From: Candidatus Hermodarchaeota archaeon
GTDB lineage: Archaea; Asgardarchaeota; Lokiarchaeia; Sigyniarchaeales; SOKP01
Direction of reading: 5' to 3'
NCBI GenBank assembly: GCA_048885525.1
Contig: JBHLLP010000005.1
Coordinates: 14,335 to 78,334 of the forward strand
Length of the DNA: 64,000 bases
This document shows positions 37,183-46,400 of this stretch, in pieces. The notes below the pieces were generated by a model that did not search any database, was not told the origin of the DNA, and worked only from the letters and a program-made list of their open reading frames with translations. Positions within the stretch are counted from its first letter, which is position 1. The number at the start of each line of letters is the position of its first letter. Both the position numbers and the translations under genes were made by a program.

Positions 37183-38387
37183 TATAAAATAACTCGAATT
37201 ACCTTAAAGAGGATTTGAGGATTTTTTATTAGAAATTTAATTAAAAAAAATAGAAACAGTGGATTTTTGATTATTTTGAATATTGTAGCTCGAGGAAAGT
37301 CCATATCACCATAAATAGATATTAATGTTTCAATTTCGCTTTTTTTTATTATTCTGAATATCTTTTCAAAATCTTTCTTAGTACACTTCTCTAAAAAGGC
37401 TCGAATTAAATAATGAATTTTTAATTCTCTTCCAATTTTAATTCTACATGGAGTTTCATAATTCCTCTTGATTATTCTCCGTGTGAATTTTTTATATTTA
37501 AAACATTTTTTAATGCATTCAGCTGCATATTTCCCTGCTGTTAATAACATTATGATCCCACCTCCAGTAGTAGCTTTAACTTGACAGGCTGAATCTCCTA
37601 CTAGTAAAACATTATTAAAAGCAAGTTTGTTCATTAATCCATACGGTATTAAACCGCCTTGTTGATCAATCTTTTGGTCAGGATTAATTTTTAGTCTATT
37701 TAGGAAAGTTCGGAAATTTTTTCCTATATTTTTAGAGCTTGCTATTCCAATACGATAGATATTGTTGCCTTCTGGGACGATCCAGCCAAATAATTCTCTC
37801 CATCGGCGATCAAAAAACAGCAGTGCTTCATTTTCATTAAATTGACCTTTAATACGGATCTGAGTAGCAAATAAATTATCATTTTTTATTCCTAATATCT
37901 TTCCTACAGAAGTTAAAGGTCCATCGCATCCAACCAATATATTAGCTTTAATTTTTCTTTTATTAGTTTCAATTAATACTAGTTTTTCTTGATTTTGTTT
38001 TATAATTTGAAAATTTCTAAATTTCTCTCCAAAACTATACTGAATATTCTCATTATATTTAATTTTTTCATAGAATAAGCGGTCTAACCCCACTCTGTCA
38101 ATTATGTATGGCTTTTCATTTCCTGCTAGTTTAATAAAGACTCCTGAGGGTGCTACAATTTTAGCTGTATCTACACGATTTAAAATTATTTCAGGAGGTA
38201 ATTCGATTAAATTACTTAGTTTTTGAGAAACAATACCAGCACATTGAAGAGGCAGTCCTATTTGTTCATGTTCTTCGATAACTAATATTTTTAAATTAGT
38301 TTTGGATAATAAATAGCTTAAATAATTACCTGTAAGGCTTCCCCCAATGATACAAACATCACAATCTGCAATTTTAATCTCCTTCAT
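37179..38387 (-). CDS. Geranylgeranyl reductase family FAD-dependent oxidoreductase
   Basis: PLQCAG, IDRVGLD, VGCDG, FGWIVP, LVGDSACQVKATTGGGI. Confidence 0.88.
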   Translation of the reverse strand: MKEIKIADCDVCIIGGSLTGNYLSYLLSKTNLKILVIEEHEQIGLPLQCAGIVSQKLSNLIELPPEIILNRVDTAKIVAPSGVFIKLAGNEKPYIIDRVGLDRLFYEKIKYNENIQYSFGEKFRNFQIIKQNQEKLVLIETNKRKIKANILVGCDGPLTSVGKILGIKNDNLFATQIRIKGQFNENEALLFFDRRWRELFGWIVPEGNNIYRIGIASSKNIGKNFRTFLNRLKINPDQKIDQQGGLIPYGLMNKLAFNNVLLVGDSACQVKATTGGGIIMLLTAGKYAAECIKKCFKYKKFTRRIIKRNYETPCRIKIGRELKIHYLIRAFLEKCTKKDFEKIFRIIKKSEIETLISIYGDMDFPRATIFKIIKNPLFLFFLIKFLIKNPQILFKVIRVILY

Positions 38388-38473
38388 GAGTTTTTAGAAT
38401 ATTACGATTTATAGTTATGAAAATTACAAATATATTGAAAAAATATCAAAAATTTTGTATATCGAAATTATCT

Positions 38474-39508
38474 TTAAGAATAATATTTTTTAACATAAAT
38501 TAATTCATCGGGTGGAATCTCTCGATAACCTAATGATGTCATCATTCCATAGACTATTCCTAAAGTTACATTAGAAAAGATAGAATTAGTCTTAACAGTT
38601 AGATCTGTCCTTGATGTTAGAATTGGAGTAATTTTATCAACTAGAAATTTTGTTCTAGGATTTTCTTCATATAATTTTATTATTGCATCTTTAAATGTTT
38701 TCATAAAATTCTCATGTTCTGAAATGATTTCATGAACATTGTTTTTCCCATTAACTATTCCAAAATGGCCAAAACCGGCTTTTAAAGGGAATAATTTTTT
38801 CAGATTACCTAAGGTTTCCATATACTTATTATGATTGTAGTAAATAGGCATAGATGATGGCATTGTTACTAACTTTGAAGTATGATAGAGGGTTCCAACA
38901 CCTTCTCCAAAAAATATAAAATCTATTTTCCCATCTTTGATGAAGAGAGGCATCTGGTGATCTGGGGTGTGTCCAGGTGTTTTTAATATAGCTAATTTAA
39001 CTTCTGATTCATTAGTAGTGAAAATATCAATGATATCAATTTTTTTGGGATCTTGATTAAAATTGGCACTTGGATCAATTATTTTAAAAGCAGTTTCTGG
39101 AATAGGTCTCATCTCACCTATTAAATTACCGTATGTGCGCTTACCCCGATTCAAATGAAGTTCAAAATCAATTAATAGTTCTTTAGTTATTTGATTTGTG
39201 AGAATTTTTACATCTGGGTTATACTTTTTTAATTTTGCATAAAGCTTCCACATTCCACCATTATGATCAAAATGATGATGGGAGGTTATTAAATATTTAA
39301 ATGATGATAATGAGATATTCTGTTTTTTAAAATACCTTAATCCTTTTTTGATATCTAATGAAGATCCACAGTCAAATAAAACAGAGCAATCATCAAATTC
39401 TCCAAGAAAAATAGATAGCATTCTTGTTGTTCCATAACCTCTCATATCAATATGATGGAGATATTCGTTGATCTTCCCCGTTTTTAAAGTTATTACCTCA
39501 TTATCCAT
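38474..39508 (-). CDS. Metallo-beta-lactamase fold hydrolase
   Basis: SHHHFDHNGG, TPGHTPDH, FGHFG. Confidence 0.88.
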   Translation of the reverse strand: MDNEVITLKTGKINEYLHHIDMRGYGTTRMLSIFLGEFDDCSVLFDCGSSLDIKKGLRYFKKQNISLSSFKYLITSHHHFDHNGGMWKLYAKLKKYNPDVKILTNQITKELLIDFELHLNRGKRTYGNLIGEMRPIPETAFKIIDPSANFNQDPKKIDIIDIFTTNESEVKLAILKTPGHTPDHQMPLFIKDGKIDFIFFGEGVGTLYHTSKLVTMPSSMPIYYNHNKYMETLGNLKKLFPLKAGFGHFGIVNGKNNVHEIISEHENFMKTFKDAIIKLYEENPRTKFLVDKITPILTSRTDLTVKTNSIFSNVTLGIVYGMMTSLGYREIPPDELIYVKKYYS

Positions 39509-39606
39509 AGAAAAGGTAATTAAAAATACAATAAGAAGTATTTTATTATAAAAAATTAAAAATTTGTGAGATTTAAAAGGTAAAAGTTATAAAAAGGATT
39601 TTTTTC

Positions 39607-41814
39607 TTAAAGATTTAGTTTTTGTTTCCAGATTTTCATTGAAAGTCTCAATTCCTCTCTTTCAGGATGGCTTAACACCTCTGATTTATCTTTAAGCTCT
39701 GTACCAGTACTATGAATAGTTTTTAATATACTATTATATCCCTCTGTCTTAACAAATTCATTTTGAAATCTTTCTAATGCTGCTGAAATTTCTTTTCCAG
39801 TCATTTTTTCTAGATTATTTAAAATATCATGGAACTGTTTTGATAAGAAAGTATCTTTTGGGATTTCGGCTACTTCTGTCTCTACCATTTTAGGTTCTTC
39901 CAATGGGGGTGTAATTACAGGTTTAGTAATGATGGGTTCTTCTTTTAGAGGTTCTTCTAATTTGGGTTGTGTTTCTAATGAAATTGGCTTTTTAATTGTA
40001 CGCAAAATTTCCTTACGTGCTCCAACCCAAGCATCTTCAAGGATAGGTACAAATATTTTAATATGTTCTTCAATTATACTCCCAATACCTGCGATTTCAG
40101 TTAGATATTCTCCTCTAAATTCTGTTTTTGAAAGAACACATAGTATTACTTCTTCATAATCTTTGTTAATTCCCCAAAGATTTTGTAGTGCTCGATTTCG
40201 ATAATCTACGTTATCCATATTATCCATCTCTCGCATAATAGCCTCATGTTCTGGGATAGTTGGATCTATATAAGTTGCAATTCTAAAGTTTATGCGTGAA
40301 GGTCGGGCTTTAATTGTCTCAATGTCAATGTCAGAAAGATTGGGTGCTACAATCAAGACTCTCATTTTAGCATTTAATATTTCTTCATTTATATGAGCTC
40401 TAGCCGCTTCTGGAGACCTAATAAACCATATATCCTTCATTGTAAAGCCACGTTGGCTTTTGGCTTGATCCCAAAATTCTCGAGTAGTAACTTCACTAAC
40501 TTCCAATCTTTTTAAAATATCTGATAATGTATTATCTAGAGTGTCAACAATACCCTTTCCAAAGATATCTTTTATATTACCAAATGATTCAAAAATACCT
40601 CCAGAAAGACCATCAATTCGTTGTTCCGCTAACTTTACAGCTTTATTAAAATTTTCAGAAATATCAGCAAATATTCTTTCTTTATCTTCTCCAGATTTGG
40701 AAGTAATTGATTCAATATTCTTTGCGGCATCTTCAAGTGAATCCTTAAGTTTTGAAATAATTTCTGTGTTAATTCCTTGTGTTGCTTTTTTCAATTCATC
40801 AGCAAATACAGTCTGACTGACGCTTAATTGCACGTTTAAATTGTCAGTAATATCTTTTAAACGTGTAGCAATAACTTTATCGATTACATCACTAACTGCT
40901 TGTTGAATTACCCCTAAGCGTAATTTTTGTAAATTTTCAGTAATAGTTGTTTTGATATCACCAAATTGATCTCGTAGATCATCAACTTGATTTTTAATAA
41001 TCTGGGATGTTCTTACATTAAGATTTTCAAATTGCTTTGATAAAGAACTAATTTGATCATCAGACAAAGACTTTGTTAAATCTCCGAGATGAGATATATC
41101 ATCTGTAATTGTTCTAATTTGATCGATTGCTGAAATCGTCTGATCGAATTCTTTCTTTTGAGCATGGATTTGAGAAAGCATTTTTTCTTTTAAATCTGAC
41201 ATTACTACACTAGAATCTTTCATTTTTTCCATATCCTTTGCCTCAGTTTCAAGTTGAGAAAATGATTTATCTAATTGCTTAGGGATAGTAGATTTTATAT
41301 CATATATATAAGCATAAAATTTCTTCAATTGTGCGATTAAAGCAGCATAAGGCGGTAAAGCCTGATAATGAGGAGTTGCACCGATAATCTCTTTAAATAA
41401 TCCTTTTTCTACAAATTTATCAGCAATTTCTTTACATTTTTCTTTTGGTTTGCCAATTAGAATTGACATTTCCCCAATAGATATTGCTTCTCGACCTGTG
41501 GTTCGAAAATATAGATCTATTTCTTCATCCGATAGATCAATCTCACTTAATACTTGCTTTGTTAATTCTTTGGAATATGCAACATCTTTTTCTTTTTCTA
41601 TAACATCTTTTATTTCAAAATTCTCTACTTCTAAATGTTGATTGATAAAAATTATTAATTTATGAGCAGGGTCGCCGTGAACATTTTCTTTTTTAATTGG
41701 AAACTTTTTAATTTCTTTATACTCATCTACAGAAATTGGAAATTTAATATCTTTTAAACAAATCTTACATTTAATAGGGACTTCAACAATATCTTTATCT
41801 TTAAATAGATACAT
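39607..41814 (-). CDS. TrmB-like regulator with N-terminal Zn-binding module, long helical/coiled-coil insert and PLD-like C-terminal domain
   Basis: CKIC...HGDPAH; TrmB-type HTH (LSDEEIDLY...FVEKGLF...YQALPP); ~300 aa helical stretch; WFIRSPEAARAHINEEI...RVLIVAP. Confidence 0.7.
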   Translation of the reverse strand: MYLFKDKDIVEVPIKCKICLKDIKFPISVDEYKEIKKFPIKKENVHGDPAHKLIIFINQHLEVENFEIKDVIEKEKDVAYSKELTKQVLSEIDLSDEEIDLYFRTTGREAISIGEMSILIGKPKEKCKEIADKFVEKGLFKEIIGATPHYQALPPYAALIAQLKKFYAYIYDIKSTIPKQLDKSFSQLETEAKDMEKMKDSSVVMSDLKEKMLSQIHAQKKEFDQTISAIDQIRTITDDISHLGDLTKSLSDDQISSLSKQFENLNVRTSQIIKNQVDDLRDQFGDIKTTITENLQKLRLGVIQQAVSDVIDKVIATRLKDITDNLNVQLSVSQTVFADELKKATQGINTEIISKLKDSLEDAAKNIESITSKSGEDKERIFADISENFNKAVKLAEQRIDGLSGGIFESFGNIKDIFGKGIVDTLDNTLSDILKRLEVSEVTTREFWDQAKSQRGFTMKDIWFIRSPEAARAHINEEILNAKMRVLIVAPNLSDIDIETIKARPSRINFRIATYIDPTIPEHEAIMREMDNMDNVDYRNRALQNLWGINKDYEEVILCVLSKTEFRGEYLTEIAGIGSIIEEHIKIFVPILEDAWVGARKEILRTIKKPISLETQPKLEEPLKEEPIITKPVITPPLEEPKMVETEVAEIPKDTFLSKQFHDILNNLEKMTGKEISAALERFQNEFVKTEGYNSILKTIHSTGTELKDKSEVLSHPEREELRLSMKIWKQKLNL

Positions 41815-41847
41815 TATTCTAAATCATCTCATATTAATTATTATACT

Positions 41848-43101
41848 TTAAAATATTACTTTCTCTGGATATGTAATTTCTAATAAGCTAAGAGCTTTTC
41901 TAGCGATTTCATAAGTAATTGCACCATCAGTATCTTGATCTTTATAAGCTGCTCTTATTTTAGGGAGAAGATATTCTGGAAATATAATCAATGGTTTAAT
42001 ATCAGTTAATAGACATATCCATTTTCTGTCAGTCTCATCTGTAACTTCTGTAATTATATTTAATTTCTTTAGATCTTCTAATAAAATCTCAGTTACAGCG
42101 AACTCGGAAAAAATTTTTGGAATTTTATCCATTGGATAATGATTATGTCTCATTAAGACAAAAAAATCATAAACATCAGGATTGAGAAGAATTGATGCCA
42201 ATTTTTTCGTATCTTCAATTGGTTGAGTATAAGGATCGTAATTTGAAAAGAAATCAACAACTTTTTGTCTATATAAAGGTAATAATTCATTTTTAGTCTC
42301 TTTAAAGTGGTTTAATAAGTTTTCATTTGGAACACGAGCAAACATTAAATCTTTAACTAGAAATAGATATTCTCCTTGATGGGTTAGTGTACCTGTTTTT
42401 TTGTCTTTTTCACCTTTTATCCAATCCCGACGTATAATATTTAACTCTAAAAAAGGTTGTAAGAGGATATCTACATTTACATTAGATGACATCTTTTCTA
42501 ATATTGCCTTCATTTCCTTCTTTGAGATTGGTCTTTCTCTCAAAAGTTCTAAAATTTTCAAACGTTCATTACTATTATAGATCAAAGCGACTTTCTGAAG
42601 TTTATCTAAGTTTGATAAACGGTCCACTTGAAAAATAGTAAACTTTAATTCATTTTTTAACCTGATATTAATATTCTCGATAAGAGAAAGTTGTTTCGAA
42701 TTCCTTGCTCTTGTTAATTTATCAAAAATGACATCTAATCTTTTTCCCATTTCTTTAATTAGAGCTTCAAAAATGTCAATTTCATCATCTAATTCGAATA
42801 CTGAGATGGCCAAATACTGCGTTCCATCAGCGACTTGTTTAAAATAAGATAATATCTGATAAGGAGTGTCTTTTGATCTTCCCTCATAAAAATTACTATA
42901 ACTATACTTGACTCCAAAAAGTCCTGTAGTGTGCTGATAAAAAATCGCAAAAATATCATTTTGAGAAATTAATTCTGAAAAATGATCCTCATCATACTCA
43001 TCTTCCCGGAAGATTAATTGAATTGGTTCAAACTCTGGTTCTATTTCACCACTTTCTTTTTGATTAATCTTGAACTGAAATGTTAAAATACCTTGGATCA
43101 A
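41848..43101 (-). CDS. Conserved hypothetical protein, probable longin-like N-terminus plus tandem winged helices
   Basis: Longin-like beta/alpha pattern in the N-terminal part; ERLKILELLRERPISKKEM...LLQPFLELNIIRR and DVYDFFVLMR...LLEDLKKLNIITEV resemble wHTH units. Confidence 0.55.
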   Translation of the reverse strand: MIQGILTFQFKINQKESGEIEPEFEPIQLIFREDEYDEDHFSELISQNDIFAIFYQHTTGLFGVKYSYSNFYEGRSKDTPYQILSYFKQVADGTQYLAISVFELDDEIDIFEALIKEMGKRLDVIFDKLTRARNSKQLSLIENINIRLKNELKFTIFQVDRLSNLDKLQKVALIYNSNERLKILELLRERPISKKEMKAILEKMSSNVNVDILLQPFLELNIIRRDWIKGEKDKKTGTLTHQGEYLFLVKDLMFARVPNENLLNHFKETKNELLPLYRQKVVDFFSNYDPYTQPIEDTKKLASILLNPDVYDFFVLMRHNHYPMDKIPKIFSEFAVTEILLEDLKKLNIITEVTDETDRKWICLLTDIKPLIIFPEYLLPKIRAAYKDQDTDGAITYEIARKALSLLEITYPEKVIF

Positions 43102-43401
43102 TTATATCACTTTACAGATTTGATAAATAAGTTTTTTAAATTAATATTATAATATTACTTCTTAAGTATTATTTATTATTATAGTTTAATTAAACTTTAT
43201 TCAAATTAATTAAGATTAGACATTTAGTATTTCTAAATAATTGATAATACGTTGTAATTTATATATTATGATATCCTAAAGAAAAACATCTAAGAATATA
43301 TTTCAAAGGTTTTAAGATATATTGGCAAATTATTTATTAAATAATTTAGTATAATACCTTAACAAAAATTTTTTAATTAAAAGAGCAAAGAATACCTAAT
43401 T

Positions 43402-46400
43402 ATGATTTTGAGAAATGGGAAAAAGAAGAGCTTTCTAATTTTTAGTTTTATTTTTTTAATTTCATTCTCATCTATTTTTATATTTTCTATAAATCAAAAT
43501 ACTAGTTCAATCTTAAACAAGAAATTTGGAGGATCTGAAAAGAATAATCTAAAAAATCCTAAATTAGCAGCTCAAGAAACGCTTACGGCTGTATGGTTTG
43601 AAAACCCTACTTTTGAAGATCCAATAGGCCCAACTTGGTATCATTTATATGGAGAATTAGGAGATAATTCAGATATAAAAGCAACTTCAGGTTCAGATCA
43701 AGCAAACTTTATAATAATAGGGGATAGCTATGAGGAACAGATCCTCCTTGATGATACAACTTACACAAATTGGGAAGCGTTCAATAAAACAGAGCTAGTT
43801 GTCGTTCCTCAACGCTCATCTGTTCCCTATTATGGGATTGATAGTGATGGAGCTTGGTGCAGTCATCGTTGGGATGAAGGAGAGACTGGAGGGCAACCCA
43901 AAAATACTCCTGTTATGCATTGGAGAACAAATGTTAGTCTAAATGTCGACATGTCTGATTATATTATTACATCGGTAGATTTTAACGCAATAATTAATGG
44001 TAGCGTAGATATATATATTGATACGCCTGGTGATACACTGGCTAGAGCAGGAGTTTCCATCAATCAATATGAAACTTATGATTATGCTCAATTTTATGTT
44101 GAAATTACCACTTTAGATATTAATGAGCTAAATACTTACAGGATTGCCTTTAATCAAACAATCTGGTTAGGAAATGAAGCCCGTTTATTATATGATATAG
44201 AAGGATTAATAGGAGCTTATGAAGAACAAGCAATAATTAATGCGTTAAATAATGTCTTAGCAGTGGATCCAGGTCATAATAATTTCACAATTGTTTTGGG
44301 AATATATTTGTATTGTGAAGACAATAATTCGGGCACTGATCTCGACGATTGGACTGAATTACGATTCAAATTTCTGAATTTGACGTTTTCTTATGAAAAA
44401 AAAATAGATCAATTTACTTCTGCCTCATGGAATCAGGATGGAGATAAAGTAAGTGATATTAGTAATGATACAATTATAATAAATGAAGCAAAACTTAATT
44501 TTAACTATAAAACGGATAGTAATTGGACTGATGCTTCTCCTAATTCTGAAATCAGAATTTTTATTAATAACAATAAACTCACAGAAACAATTAAACTAAG
44601 TACAGCTACCACAAGTTTTCAAATCGCTAAAATAGGTGGTTATGATGTCACTTCATTAATTCCATATAATGTTTTTATCAATTTTTCAATTCAAGTTTAT
44701 TTAGCAGATGAATTTTCATTAAGTAAAAATATCACTTTTTCAATAGATAATCTTTATCTCAATATTACATATACTGTACTATTTCCTGATTATCAGACAA
44801 ATTTACAAATATTTTTCAACGGTGTGAACAAGACTTCTCTTCCATTTTATGATCATCCTGTAGGTAATGATTTAAATATAACTGTAAAGTATCCTGATGA
44901 TACAGGTACTCATATTCCAGGAGCTGTAGTACAGTTATCTGGAAATCTCACAGGAACTTTACAAGAAGATCCATCGTATGAACAATATACTATTATTATA
45001 GACGCAAATGATTTTAATGCAGGTACTTACGATTTAAAAATTGTCGCGCATAAGGTAAATTATAAGCTAAGTACCATCAGCCGTGTTTTAACTGTAAGTC
45101 CAACTAGTTCGCAAGATCTTCAATTATTCTTAAATGGTGAAAATAAGACTTTAGACCCTTCATTTGAAATTTCACTCGATAAATTATTAAATATCACAAT
45201 AAAATACAATACTTTCTTAGGAACACCGGTAACAGGAGCTTCAGTAACTTTATCTGGAGAAGGAATTTTAGAAAATCTGAATGAAAGCGTGAGTTTAAAT
45301 CAATATTCTACAATCATAAATACTACATTAAATCTTAAATATGGGACTAATCTCTTAGAAATTGAAGCAAAAAAATTAAATCATGAAACAAAATTTGAAT
45401 ATCCAAGGATAAATATAAGGAAAATTAATGCAATGATTACTCCTGTAAATAATACTAATACAATAAGTACTAAACCAGGAGGAGACGCTACAATACAAGT
45501 ATATATAAATAACACAGATTTTAATGAAATAGTCAAAGGAGCATATGTTACTTATTCTTGGGATTTTGATGATGGCATTCTTTATGATCTTGATAATGAT
45601 GGGATATATGAGGTGAATATAACAGATGTTCCTGCAGGAACTCATTCAATAAATATTAATGCTTTTGGAAGTGATAAATACAATTTTATCAGTCTTGAAA
45701 TCATAATAGCTGCTGTAAAACCTATAGATTCATCGTTTCTCTTTCGAGCTTTATTAATAGCAGCAATTATTGTTTCCATTGGATTAACGAGTTATCTTTA
45801 TGCATATCAAACATATCTAAAATATCCTAAACAAGTTAGAAAAATCCGAAAATATCGAAAAACTCTAAGAAAAGCAAAAGATCCACATATTCCTATTATA
45901 AAACGTAAAAAAGCATTTAATCGTTCATATCAAGAAGAATTGGATAAAACGTCAATAAATTTAAAAAGTAAACCAAAAGGAGAAAAAGAACTGCAGGAAA
46001 GGATGGTTAAAGAATCTCCAGAAAATTCTGGAGTCGAATTACCTAATGGAACTATAAAACAAAGCACAAATTCTCATTTTACAAATAAAGATAAAACCAA
46101 TAGAAAAAATAAAAATAGGACTCATCGAAAGTGGTTTAAGTTTAGTTTGAAAAAAAAGTGGGGAGGATCTCTTAATATTAAAAACAACAGAAAATTTCTT
46201 TATTTAATTTTTATTTTAGCAAGCTTAATTCTGTACTCCTTGATAATCTGTCCATTTATTAGTCAAAATTCCACTATATTCTCCAATGATTCAGTTAACA
46301 ATGTATTTAATGAAAATGTTGGCAAACTTGGAATTTCAGCTCAAGAGTCTTTTACAAAACAATGGCTTGATAATTATAACCTTACAACTCCAATAGAACC

